A DNA stretch of 64,000 nucleotides from Rebecca billardiae RCC1528 (Eukaryota; Protista; Haptophyta): NCBI GenBank assembly GCA_965240325.2, contig OZ251236.1, positions 62,001 to 126,000 on the forward strand, written 5' to 3'. Made by a program: the position numbers and the translations under genes. The notes beneath the pieces were generated by a model that worked only from the letters and a program-made list of their open reading frames with translations, was not told the origin of the DNA and did not search any database. Shown here in pieces: positions 30,327 to 42,454 of this stretch; the stretch's first letter is position 1; each line of letters starts with the position of its first letter.

Positions 30327-31625
30327 ATGGTGGCGGCCATCGGGGCCATCGCGCTCGCCACTTGGGCGCTCGCGGCGCACCCCGCCGCGCCGCCGGGGTA
30401 CGCCGTGCGCCACGCGTTCACGGCACCCGCCGCGGCCGCGCGCACCCGCGTCACCGAAGCGCTGCGCGCGCAGCTGCCCGACGCCTTTGCCTCGCCGTCC
30501 GCCGCGCGGCGCGCGGTCCGGCGCCGGCTCGTTCTGCTCGACGGCACGCCGTGCGCGTGCGACACGGTGCTGCGCGGCGGCGAGCGGCTCGTCGTGGTGC
30601 ACCGCGCGGGCGAGCCGGAGGGCGCGCCCGGCCGCCCCGCCGCCCCGCGCCGCTACGCAGATCGCGATCTCGAGATTGCGTACGAGGACGAGGCGATGGC
30701 GGTCGTGGTGAAGCCGCAGGGCATGCCGACGCAGGGCGCGCACCGGCTCTCGGTGCACACGCTGCTGCCGCACGCGCTCGCGCCGTCGGCGCTGGACGGG
30801 CGGCTGCGCCGGCCGCAGCACGCCCACCGCCTCGACGCGCCCACCGGCGGGCTCCTCGCCGTCGCCAAGACGCACGACGCGCTCGTCGCCCTCTCGCGAA
30901 GTTTCGCGGAAAGGGCCGTGCAGAAGACGTACACGGCGCTCCTCGCGCCGGACGCGTGGGCGGCGGCGGCGGGCGGGCTCGTGGGCGGCGGCGCGGCCCG
31001 CGCGGCCGAGCCGCCGGCGTGCGCGACGGGCGGCGGCTACCGCCCGCTGCCCGACGCGGGCGAGATTGCAATCTCGCTCGGCGGCAAGGAGGCGAGCACC
31101 GCGTACGCAGTGACGCGGCGGTACCGCTCGCTCGGCCGGCTGCGCGAGCTGGCGGCCGTGACGCTCACGCCGCACACGGGTCGGACGCACCAGCTGCGCC
31201 GGCACGCGGCGCAGGGGCTCGGGTGCGCGCGCCGTCCGCGCGCGAGCGCCTACCGCGCGCGCGCGCGCGCGCCCGCCGACCGTGCGGCCGCGCGCGCGCG
31301 CGCGCCGCGCGCCCTCCGTCGCAGCTGGCCGATCGTCGGCGAGCCGCGCGGCGCGTACGCGTCGGACGCGTTCCGCGCGGCGTCGCCCGGCCGCGGCCTC
31401 TTCCTGTGGGCCAGCGGCCTCGCGCTGCCCCACCCGCTCTCCGGCGAGTGGCTCGTCTTTGAGCGGCCGCCGCCGCACAAGTTTGCGAGGTGGCCGGAGC
31501 GGGAGGCCGCGCGCGCCGCGGCGGCGGGTGGCGGCAGCGGCGTGGGCGAGGGCGAGGGCGCGCCGCCCGGGCCGGGGCCCGGCGCTCCCGCGCGCGCGCC
31601 GCCACGCCCGCCGCCGCGCTGCTGA
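30327..31625 (+). CDS. RluA/RluD-family pseudouridine synthase with S4-like region and signal-like N-terminus; intron 31223-31324
   Basis: IAYED..MAVVVKPQGMPT, catalytic HRLDAPTGG, VQKTYTAL, TGRTHQLRRH, LG|WPIVGE, LFLWASGLALPHP. Confidence 0.9.
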   Translation: MVAAIGAIALATWALAAHPAAPPGYAVRHAFTAPAAAARTRVTEALRAQLPDAFASPSAARRAVRRRLVLLDGTPCACDTVLRGGERLVVVHRAGEPEGAPGRPAAPRRYADRDLEIAYEDEAMAVVVKPQGMPTQGAHRLSVHTLLPHALAPSALDGRLRRPQHAHRLDAPTGGLLAVAKTHDALVALSRSFAERAVQKTYTALLAPDAWAAAAGGLVGGGAARAAEPPACATGGGYRPLPDAGEIAISLGGKEASTAYAVTRRYRSLGRLRELAAVTLTPHTGRTHQLRRHAAQGLGCARRPRASAYRARARAPADRAAARARAPRALRRSWPIVGEPRGAYASDAFRAASPGRGLFLWASGLALPHPLSGEWLVFERPPPHKFARWPEREAARAAAAGGGSGVGEGEGAPPGPGPGAPARAPPRPPPRC

Positions 31626-31891
31626 TATCGCATCACGGCATCAGTCAGCCTCGGCCGCCATGCTGACTGTCTGATCACGCTGACTGCGTTCCGCCAAAGT
31701 TGAGCGCCTGCGTCAGCTACTGTACTTGCGAGCGAGTGCAAACGATCAAATCATCTTGCGGGATCGTACCCGCGTTCCCCATACTCGCTGCTGGCAATTC
31801 GTTCAAGCGCGCGCGCAGCGCCGGCCCGTTCCGAGCGGATCGTTGGCAGGCGGCCCGTCGCCTCATCAGCCGCGCGCGGCGCGGCGGGCAG

Positions 31892-32938
31892 ATGGCGCCG
31901 GAGCGGCCGACGGCCGAGGGCTTCGCGCCGCCCAGGCAGCTGTCTGCGCCGTTCCTCCTGAAGGGGCTCGTGCCGCGCGTCTCGCCCCCGCCCCGCGACA
32001 CGCCCACGCCAAGCTGCCCGCCCCCGCCGGCGCCGGCGTCCGAGCCCGCGGGCGGCGCTCGCCGCGCGGCCGGCGGCGCGCTGCGGACGCCGTCGCCCGC
32101 GCGCGCGCGCGCGGCGCGCTCGGCCGAGGCGAAGGGCGGCTCGGGCCACTCGGCCTCCCTCCGCCACCGCGCGCCGCCCCCCGTGGCGCACGAGGCGGCC
32201 GCGGCGGCGCCGGCGCCAGCCGAGCCGGCGGCCGATCCAACTTCCGGCGCCGGCATGCTCAGCAAGCTGTTGACGCCGTCGCCCGCGCGCGTGCGCGCGG
32301 AGCGCTCGGCCGAGAAGGCGGGCGGCGGCTCGGGCCTCTCCGCCGCCCTCTGGCACCGCTCGCCGCCCGCCGTGCCGGGCGGCGCCGCCGAGCCGCTGCG
32401 CACGCCCTCGCCCGCTGGGCCGACGCCGACGCCGCAGGAGAGCGGTACTTTCTCGGAAAGTTCCGAGCGGTCGAGCGGGCGGCCGTCGCTGCTCGGCGCG
32501 ATCCTCTTCCGCTCGCCCGAGCCGTCGCGCACGCCCGGCTCCGACGCCGGCTCCGACGCCGACGCCGACGCCGACGCCGATGGCGCGCCCGCCGCCGACG
32601 CCGCCGCCGCCGCCGCCGCGCCCGCGCCGCGCCCGAGCCTGGCTGGCTGGGGCGTGGCGGCGCGCAGTAAGCCGCGCGGCGCGGCGCGCGGCGGCGGCGT
32701 GGCGCTCGGCCTCGTGCTGGCGGTGCTGCTGCTGGGCGGTGGCGGGCTCGCGGTGGGGATGCTCGTGCGCAGCGCCAGCCGAGCGGGCGGGCCCGCGCTC
32801 GGCGGCGGCGGCGGCGGCGGCGATGGCGGTGGCGGCGGCACCGCCGCCGCCGCCTCCGCCCGTGGCGCGGCGCCGCCGCCCTCGCCGCCGCCCTCGCCGC
32901 CGCCCTCGCCGCTGCCGCCGCCGTCGCCGCCGCCGCCG

Positions 32939-32969
<31 letters not shown>

Positions 32970-35900
32970 TCGTCGAGTACATCCGCCTCCTCCTCGACCT
33001 CGACCCCTCCGCCCTCGCCACGGCCGAGCAGCGCTCCGAACTCTCGGCCCAAATCGCTTCGCTGCTGCAGCTGCCGGCGGGCGCGGTGTCGGTTGCGAGT
33101 GTGCAGCCGGGCTCGGCGGTGGTCGTCTTGCGCGTGGTGCGGCGCGGCGGCGGCGCGGCGGGGCGGAGCCTCGCGGACGCGCTCGCCGCGCTGCCGCCGG
33201 GCCGCCTCGCGCAGGCGCTCGGCGCCCCGCTCCTCCGCCCGGCCGAGCAGATGGTCGCTGGGTGCGCGCGCCGCCGCGCGCGCCCCCGCACGCGCATGCG
33301 CGCCGCGGCCGCGCGCGCGTGCGCGCCGCCGCCGCGGCCGCGCGCCGTGCGGGCGTGGCGCGCGAGCTCACGCGCCGGGCGTGCGCGCCGCGTCCCCCGC
33401 CCGTGCGCCTCGCGCAGCTGCACGCTGCCCAGCGCGCCCAACTATGACTCCGCCGCCGACGTGGACGACAGCTCATGCACACACGGCCCGCCGCCGAGCG
33501 CGCCGCCGCCGAGCGCGCCGCCGCCGCGCGCGCCGCCGCCGCGCGCGCCGCCGCCGAGCGCGCCGCCGAGCGTGCCGCCGCGCGCGCCGCCGCCGAGCGC
33601 GCCGCCGCCGAGCGCGCCGCCCGGCGCGCCGCCCGTCGCGCCGCCGCCGAGCACGCCGCCGCAGCCGCCGCCGAGCGCGCCGCCGAGCGCGCCGCCGAGC
33701 GCGCCGCCGCCCGCCGCGCCGCCGCCGCCGCCGAGCGCGCCGCCGCCTGGCGCGCCGTCGGCGCCGCCACGCGCGCCGCCGAGCGCGCCGCCGCCGCCGC
33801 CGCCGCCTCGCCGCCCGCCGCCGCCGCCGCCGCCGCCACCTTCCGAGCCGCCGCCGCCGCCACCGCCGCCCGCCGAGCCGCCGCGCCCGCCGCCGCGCGC
33901 GCCGCCGCGCGCGCCGCCGCCGGGCGCGCCGCCGCCGAGCGCGCCGCCGCCGGGCGCGCCGTCGGCGCCGCCACGCGCGCCGCCGAGCCCGCCGCCGCCG
34001 CCGCACCCGCCTCGGCCGCCGCCGTCGCCGAGCCCGCCCGGCCCGCCCCGCCCGCCGCCCTCGCCCCCGCCTGCCCCGCCCCACCCGCCGCGCAGCCCGC
34101 CGCCCGCCACCCTCGTCGCGCTGCGCGGCAGCACGCCGCGCACCAACGCGGCCGTGGCGGCAGGCGGCTGCTTTAGTTGCGCGCGCGTGGCGTGCACGCG
34201 CGCGGGGGCGAGGGCGGCGGGCGCGAGCGCGGACGGCGTGGCGTACAACGCCACCGACGCTGCCGTGCGCTGCTGGGGCTGCGCCGACGGCGGCGTGCGC
34301 GGCACGCAGACAGCCGCCCCACACGTGCGCGCCGCGCCGCGCGCCGCGCCGCCGCGCGCCGCCGCGCGCCGCGCCGCGCCGCGCGCCGCGCCGCACCGCG
34401 CGCCGCGCGCCGCGCCGCGCCGCGCGCCGCGCCGCGCCGCGCCGCGCGCGCGTGCACGCGGCGGCGCCCACGCGCGGCGCGCCCACGCCTGCGCGCGTGC
34501 TCGCGTGCGCACGCGCGCGCGCCCCGCCCCTCAGGACCCGTTCGTCCGGCTCGGCCTCCCCGCCACCCGGATCCGCCGGCTGGGCGCGGGCCGCTGCCAC
34601 GCGTGCGCGCTGTTTGCTGACGGCCGGCTCAAGTGCTGGTGCGCAGCACCGGACTCGCCCGGACTCGCGCCCGGACTCGCGCCGGACTCGCGCCGCGTGC
34701 GCGTGTGGCTGCCTGTGCGCACGTGCGGGCGGGCGCTCGGCTGCCACGCGTGCGCCGTCCCGCCCTGCGGCCGCGCCCGTCGCCGCCGTGGCGCAGCGCT
34801 GTGCGCGCGCGCTCGCGCCGCCGACGCCCCGCGCCTCCGCGCGCGCGCCCACCGCCGCCGCGCCGCCGCGTCGCGCGCAGGGGCTGCAACGGTCACGGCC
34901 AGCTGGGCCTGGGCGTCGCGCAGCCGGACGTGGGCACGCCCGCGTACCCGCTCCCGAGCAACGGCAGCCTGCCGGCCCTCGACCTGGGCCCGACGCGGCT
35001 GGCCGTGCGCGTGAGCGCGGGCGAGCACTTCACCTGTGCCATCGTCGTCGACCGCGCGGCCGGCGCGGACCGCACGCCGCGCGCGCTGTGCTGGTGCGAG
35101 CGCGCGCGCCGCCGCCGCCGCGGCCGCACCCTCGCGCACTCGGCTCTCACGCCCCCCGGCCCTCCCCGCCGCGCCGCAGGGGCGACAACGCGCACGGCCA
35201 GCTCGGCGCGGGCGACGGGGACTCGCGCGGCGCGCGCCCGCGCGAGATGGGCGCCGCCCTGCGACCCATCGACCTCGGCTCGCGGCACGCCCCCGCGTGG
35301 CTGGCGGCCGAGGTGCCGATCTCGGCCGCCCAGATTGCAATCTCGGCGCGCGAGGTGGTCGAGGTCGCGACGGGCGACGCGCACGCGTGCGCGCTGCTCG
35401 GCAGCGCGCGCGTCGTGTGCTGGGGCGACAACGCGCACGGCCAGCTCGGCCGCGGCGACACGGCCGCGCACGTCGGGCGGCGCGCGGCCGACCTGGGCGA
35501 TCGGCTGTCCGCCGTTGACCTCGGCCGAGATCGCAATCTCGGCGGCGGAGATGGCGATCTCGCCGCGGCGCGCTGGGTGTACGCCGGCAGCCACTTCGCG
35601 TGCGCGCTGCTGCGCTCGGGCGGCGCCAAGTGCTGGGGCCACAACGCCGACGGCCAGCTCGGCCAGGGCGACGACCGGAGCCGCGGCCGCGCCGCCGACC
35701 AGCTCGGTGACCGGCTGCCGCCGATCGCGCTCGGCGGCGGCGTGGCGGCGCGGCTGCTGACGACGGGCGACGCGCACGCGTGCGCGCTGCTGCGCGGCGG
35801 CGAGGTGGCGTGCTGGGGGCGCAACGCCGCGGGGCAGCTGGGGCACAGCCTCGGCGCGCGCGTGGGCGACACGCGCGGCTCGATGGGCACGAGCCTCGCG

Positions 35901-36095
35901 TGCGTGCAGCTGCGGCCGGCGCCGGGCGAGGTCGTGCGCGGGCTGAGCGCGGGCGCGGCGCACACGTGCATCGAGCTGAGCAGCGGGCGCGTGCGCTGCT
36001 TCGGCGCGAACGAGCGGGGGCAGCTCGGACGCGGGGCGGGCACGCACGAGGACGTCGGCTGGGGCGCGACGGGCTGCCGCGCGGTGTCGGCCTGA
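31892..36095 (+). CDS. Membrane-anchored protein with extensin-like Pro-rich stalk and C-terminal RCC1/BLIP-II repeats (several introns)
   Basis: TM VALGLVLAVLLLGGGGLAVGMLV; (SAPPP)n region 33490-34110; repeats HACAL...CWGDNAHGQLG, KCWGHNADGQLG, ACWGRNAAGQLG, RCFGANERGQLG. Confidence 0.75.
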
Positions 36096-36181
36096 CGTGC
36101 GCCGCCATTCTGATTCTGGCTGATGCGGCTGCCAACGGCCTCACCGTCAGGGCGGTCCCAGGTCGCGAGATCTTGAAACGA

Positions 36182-36220
36182 CCTACAGTTTATTCAGAAT
36201 AAGAGACGCACGCAGCTCAG
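36182..36220 (+). repeat. Dispersed intergenic repeat, copy 1 (partial)
   Basis: CCTACAGTTTATTCAGAATAAGAGACGCACGCAGCTCAG, homologous to 54887-54938(-) and 63692-63746(+). Confidence 0.8.
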
Positions 36221-36471
36221 TGGTGTTGTAGATACTTATAGGCGAAAAGGGCCGCGAAACGAACCCCCTTGGCGAAACCGCAAGCCCTTCTCTGTGTTCA
36301 GCGTCGCGGTGGTTACGGAACCGCGCCGCCGAGAGGCCCACCCGCGAAGGCTGACGGTGGCGGCTGCGCTAGCGGCAGCTGCTGCCCGACGAGGCCCTCC
36401 GCCACCACCGGCGCAGCGCTGCGCCCGCGCCGCGGCGTGAGCGCGCACGCGCCCCCCGCGCCGCGCGACCG

Positions 36472-37383
36472 ATGCAGTCCGCCAGCCCGACGGCGCGCCC
36501 GGGCGCGTTCAGCTTCTCCGACGCCGACGGCGCGCAGCCCGCCAGCGGCTACCTGAGGCGGCGGCAGGGCGAGGGCGGCGCCGCCGACGGCGGCGGCGGC
36601 GGCGGCGGCTCGTTCCGCGCGCCGCCGGGCGTGCTGGGCGCGGGGGCGCCCGGGATGATGCGCCAGACCTCGCGCCTCGCCAACCTCGCCGCGCCGCACG
36701 CCGCCGCCGCCGCCGCCGCCTCGCCGCTGCCTGGGCTCGATGGGCGGAGGGCGGCGGGCGGCGCGGCGTGGCGCGGCTCGGCCGCGGCGGGCGTCGCGCC
36801 GTCGGCCGAGGACGAGGCGGCGAGGGCGCGCGAGGAGGCGCTCCGCGCGAAGGCCTCCGCGTACGCGCGCTCGCTCGGCCTCGGCCTCGGCCGCCCCGGC
36901 ACGGCCGTCGCCGCGCTCGGCGGCGGCAGCGGCAGCTTTGGGCTCGGCGGCGGCGGCGCCGCGCGCGGCCTCGGCGGCGGCGCGGACGCGAGCGGCGAGG
37001 AGGGCGCGGGCGGCGCGGGGCGGGGCGCGGGCCTGCGCGCCTCCGTCGAGAACGTGCTCGCGGCGCGGCGCCTCGCCGACGCCGCCGCCGCGCCGCCCAG
37101 CCTGCGCCCACCGCCGTCCGCGCTGCCGCGCGTGCAATTGCAAACCGAAGCTGAGTGGAAGGTCGCTGCGCTGCATTCCACTTTGGAATTATTCCCGCCG
37201 ATGCACCGCAACGAGCGCGTGGTCAGCCGGATCGCCGCGCGCGAGCGGCAGCGCCTGCTCCACGCCGACGAGGACGGCGCGAGCCCGCCCGGCGGCGCGC
37301 GCGCCGTGCCGCGCGCCGCCGCCGCCGCCGCCGCCGCCGCGCCCAGTCGGTTTGGCCTTCGCACCGCGCCCGCCGCGCCGGAG

Positions 37384-37421
<38 letters not shown>

Positions 37422-40400
37422 GGCGCTGGAGGCGGAGCTGCCGCTGCTGCTCGCGCAGCTCGGCGTGCGCGCGGACGGGGGGCCGGGCGCCGCCGCGCCG
37501 CCGCGCACGGCGCCCGCGGGCGCACGCCGTGGCTCGCGCGGCGGCGGCGCCGTCGCCGACGCCGACGCCGACGCCGCCGCCGACGACGGCGGCGGCGTCG
37601 GCACGGCCGTCGACGCCGCGGCGGCGGACGGCGCTGCGCCGCACGCGCACGCGCACGCGCCGCGGCGGCGGCGGCGCGGGCGGCGGCGCGCGCCGCTCGC
37701 CGAGCGCGCGAGCGCGCTCGCCGCGCAGTTCACCGACTGGCCGCCCTCGCCGCCGCGCACGCCGCGCTCTGCAGCGCTGCGCCGGCGGATGCTAGGTGAG
37801 CGCGCGGCGCGCGGCGCGGCGCGCGCGCGCGCGCGTGCGAGCGTGCGCGCGCCTCGCGCGCGCCTCGCGCGCACCGCCAGCGCCGGCGCAGAGCGCGCGC
37901 GCGCGCGCGGCTCGGGCCGAGCGCTGCCGCGCGCCCTCGCCCCCGCGCCCCCGCCGCGCGCAGGCGAGCTCCTTGTCGACTTTGCGCAGCTCGAGTCGGA
38001 GGAGGAGCGTCGCGCGGCGCGCGCGCGCGCGCTCGCGGGCTCGGGCGCGCGCAAGCACACGCTGCGCGCGTCTCGGCCGTCGAGCGGGGTGCAGCAGCCG
38101 CCGCAGCAGCGTGGCGGCGGTGCGGGCGGGGTGGTTGGCGCGTGGAGCGACGGCCGGCTGCCGCCGATGGAGCTCGCCCGCGCGGAGGGCGCCGAGGCGG
38201 CATGGGCGGAGGAGGGCGGCGGCGCGCCCGCCGCCGCGCCGGCCGCGGACGGCGCCGCCGACGCGGCGGCCGCGCCCGCCGCGGCCGACGGGGCGCCGGC
38301 GCCGGGCGGCACGCCGGGCGGCGCGGACGGCGCGGACGGCGCGGATGGCGCGCCGGACGGCGCGGTGGCGGCGGACGGGGCGGCCGACACGACCGCCGCC
38401 GCCGCCGCCGCGCCGGCGGCGGCGGCGGCCGACGCGGCCGCCGCCGCGCCCACCGCCGCAGCCGCCGAGGGCGGCGCGGGCGCCGACGGCGACGGGGGCG
38501 TCGGCGTCGGCGCGCCCGGCTCCGACGCGGAGGCCGGCCCCGACGGCGGCCCAGCAGCACCGCCGTCGGCCCCGCCGCCGCCCTTGCCCCGCCCCGCCGA
38601 CGCCACCGACCTCCTCGCAGCGGAGGAGGCGGCGGGGCTGTCCGCCGCCGACATCGGAGCTGTGCGCGCGGCCGCGGCGAGCTCGGCGGCGCACGACGAC
38701 CGCGTGGGCGCGCTGATGGACGCGGCGGCGAGCTCGCGCGAGGAGGAGCTGCGCCGGCTGATGGCCGCGCGCCGCGAGAAGGCCTCCGAGCGCTCGCTGC
38801 AGCGCGCGCAGGTGTGCGCGCGCGTGCCGCGCGCGCGCGCGCGCGCCGCGCCGCGCCGCGCCGCGCCGCGCCGCGCCGCGCCGCGCCGCGCGCGCCGGCC
38901 GCCGCGCATGACGGCGCGTGCGCCCGTCGTCGTCGCGCGCGCGCCTCCCCTCGCGCAGGGCCTGATGCAGGCGGGTCAGTACGCGCTCGCGGGCGCGTGC
39001 TGCGTGCGCGCGCTCGGCGAGTTCCCGGACAATTCCGGCGCGATGGAGTCCGGGCTTGCACACGCGGTGATGTGCCTGCGGTGCCACTACGCGCGGCCAC
39101 TGCACGCGGGCAAGGCGCGCGTGCGGGTGCGGACCTCCGAGTCCGTCGCGGCCGCGGCGAGCCGCAACGCCGCGGCGGGCATGGCCGGGACGGGCTCATG
39201 TGCGCGCGCGCCGCGCGCCGCGCGCTCGCTCGCGCGACGACGACCGCCGCCCGACCGCCGCCGCGGGCGGCGCGGCGCGGCGCGGCGCCCAGCGGCCGCG
39301 CGCGCGCGGCCGCGCGGCCGCTCAGCGCCCCCCCTGCCCGCGCCCTCCGCGCCGCGCCGCGCCACCAGCCGCGTTCGCCGACAAGAGCTTCTACGAGCTC
39401 GTCGTCGACCCCCGGACCGGACAGCTCGTCTCGCCGATGGGCTGGCGGCCGCGCGCGGGCGCGCCGCCCAAGCTGCCCGCGGGCGGCTCGGACGACGCGG
39501 GGCCGCCCGTCCGCGTCGCGCGCCGGCGCCGGCCCGCGCCGGAGGAGGAGGAGGCGCGGATCCTGCGCGAGTTCGACGCGGTCGTGCGCCGGATCGACGT
39601 GGCGGACCTGATCCCGCGCGACCTGGAGCCGGAGGACAAGAAGGCGATCCACGCCGAGATCCTGAGCACGCTCAGGTGCGCTGCCCTAGCCCTGCCCCAA
39701 CCCTACACCCCAACCCTACACCCCAACCCTACACCCCTGCCCCTCTGCCCGTTTGCACTGGGAGCGCCACCGGCGGTGGCGGCGGCGACGTGAATTCACC
39801 GCCCCCCGCACACCCCGCCCCCCGGGCGCACGCGCGCACCGCTCGCAGAGCCAACTTTGTGACGATCCGGCGCGTGATGGCGTGGTACGCGATGCTCACC
39901 GCCGTCGACTCGTCGCCCGAGGGCGGCGGCGGCGGCGCGCAGGGCGACGCCAACGAGGCCTTCACGATGAACCGCGAGGAGTTCTGGCGCCTGGTCTCGG
40001 ATATGCGCGTGCTCGACGCCGCGCTGCCCAAGGGCATCGTCGACATCATCTTCGTGCGCGCCAACTGGACGCGCGACATCGCCACGGGCCAGCTCGTCGA
40101 GGAGCCGGGTAACTCCTCCTCCGAGCTGGTCGTGCATGAGCTGCTCGGCGTGCTCGTCAGGATGGCCGCCGCCAAGTACGGTCCGGGTAACCGCGGGCTG
40201 CCGCGCGAGAAGCGAGAGCCGCTCGCGGCGCAGGTGCGCGCGGCGCGAGGCGCGCGCGCCCCGCCCCGCCCTGCCTGCGCGCGCGCGCGGCCGCTGCCCA
40301 GCGCGACACGCGCCGCGCGCGTCGGCTGCCGAGCACACTCGATTCGGGCCGACGACGCCCGCACGCCCGCCCGCCGTGCATGGCGTCCATGCGTCACGCG

Positions 40401-40836
40401 CACATGCACATGCGCACACACTCCGCTCACGCCCACCCTCCGCCCTCCGCCGCCTCCGCGCCGCACTCGCCCGGGACGAAATCGCTTGGCCGCCCCTGGA
40501 GCGCAGCTGCAGCGGCTGTTGGACAACCACCTCTCGAGGGCGCAGCGGCTGGACGACGGCCCCTTCTTCGGCGCGTTCGAGACCGTCGGCGTCGAGCAGT
40601 TCTGCGAGCGGTACGGCGCGGTGCTCAGCGCGTTGCACGGCTACTACGCCGAGCAGAGCCGACGCGGCAAGGCGGCGGTCGGCGCGGGTGGGATGGGCGC
40701 TGTGGCCAAGTTTGCGGGGAAGGCGCACAGGCGGCAGCAGCAGCAGGCGGCGGCCGCGGCCGCGGCCACGGCCGGCGCGGGCGCGGGCGGCGGCGCCGCG
40801 GCCGGCGGCGGGGGCGCCGCCGCCACGGCCGCGGGC

Positions 40837-40869
<33 letters not shown>

Positions 40870-41499
40870 ATCAGCGCCGCCGCCGCCGCCGGCGGCGCCG
40901 CGGGCGCGGGCCTGCTCGGGGCTGCGCCCAAGTCGAGCGCGGTCGTGGGCCTGCACGAATGGCTCACCTTTTTGGCCGACGTGCGGCTGCTGGGCGACCG
41001 GCTCGTGCCGATGGCCACCGCGCAGCGCGTCTTCGTCGCCGCGCAGTTCGAGGACGTCACGGCACTGCCCACGCCGCTCGGCCGCTCGCTGCCGCCCAAC
41101 GACACGCGGATGAATCTTGACGAATTCGTGGAGGCGCTCGGCCGCGTCGCGTTTGAGCTGCTCTCGGCGGGGGCGGCGCCGGCGGTGCCGCTCGGCCACG
41201 GCGACGACGACGGGCGGTACGCCGCGCTCCTCCCGCCCGACGCCAACCCCCTCGCGCACCTGCTCGAGCGCATCGTCGGCATCGTGCTTACACGCTGGAA
41301 GGAGAATGACCTGGCCGGCTCGCGCGCGATCGCCGGGCGCAAGGTGAAGGCGATGCTCGGCGCGCAGCACTCGCTGCGCACGGCCGCGATCGACCTCGCC
41401 GTCGAGCGCGGCCAGCCGGACGGGCCCAACGTCGCCACCGAGATGATGCAGCTGCGCGCGCCCACCGTGCTCGCCAAGGCCGTCGCCTCGCTCCAGTGA
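36472..41499 (+). CDS. Large hypothetical protein with C-terminal EF-hand/p25-like helical repeats; introns 37796-37963, 38812-38958, 39200-39368, 39676-39848, 40234-40506
   Basis: Ordered blocks MNREEFWRLVSDMRVLD...VDIIFVRAN, HELLGVLVRMAAAKY, MNLDEFVEALGRVA. GT-AG introns with CG-repeat filler separate them. Confidence 0.65.
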
Positions 41500-42454
41500 C
41501 GAGGCGCGTTCCGGATGCACGAACGGATCTGCTGGACCGGGGGCAGCGCGCGGCGAGGATCGGCCGCCATCAGCCTGACGACCGTTAGGACTCAGTGCCG
41601 AGCACGTCGGCGGATTGCCGCGCCGCGGTTCCCAACTCGGAACACTGAGAGGTCGTCGCTAGCTTAGAGTATAGCCGTGACGTCCGGACCGGTACGGGCC
41701 GCGCGCCGGGTCATTACTACTAGTAGCAGCAGTAGTAGTACGACGACCACCGGACCGACTCGCGGACTCGACGACGACTACGTCTACTATACTAGCGCGC
41801 TATATGATCGTCGCGTCGTCGTCGTCATCATATATCGTCAGAGGATCGGAGCAGACTGCGCTAGGCGCCTAGGCAGGGGTAGACTTGTTCCACCTTGTGT
41901 AACAGCACGGATTATTGATGTAATTCGTCGTCGTATTCGCGTAGTTTTTCATCAGACTCAGAGAGCCCGGTGTGACGTGACAACGGTTGCCACGCGTGAT
42001 GATCACACGGCTGACCGAGCTTTCCGGCGGAATGAATGAGTGTCAGTGACCCGACGGCGCCCCGCGTCACGCGCTTGGGGCGCGCCCGACTCCCGCGTGG
42101 CGCGCTACTGCGGCGGACGTCCTGCGACCCGCTGGCTGACCGTCACCGCCAGTCAGCTGCAGCGGAGGCGATCGGCGGCGCAAGCCTGGCCGTCTCGGGC
42201 CTGCCTGACTGCTGTTGGCTGGAGCCTGGGCGCCTGGCTCGCGGGCAAGGACCTGGAAGGGTGCGGGACGGCGCTCCTCCGAGCAGGTGCTGATCAAGAG
42301 GTTGAGCTCACTGGGGACCGCCTGCACCGCCAGTCCCGTCGGGCCGCCATGCGCGCCGCCAACCAAGAGCGGGAGCGGGAGGCCGGGGATCCGAAGTGGG
42401 GAACGGACGTGTGCGCCTGTGCGGAGGGGGGGCCGTATACGTAACGTTCGAGCC

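Noticed and set aside
11854-41520. Many long Arg/Ala/Pro-rich overlapping ORFs (e.g. 11854..14652, 28400..31462, 24339..27125, 36549..38909)
   Set aside because: These are shadow or antisense frames left open by extreme GC content. Where they contain real motifs, those belong to exons of the spliced genes listed.
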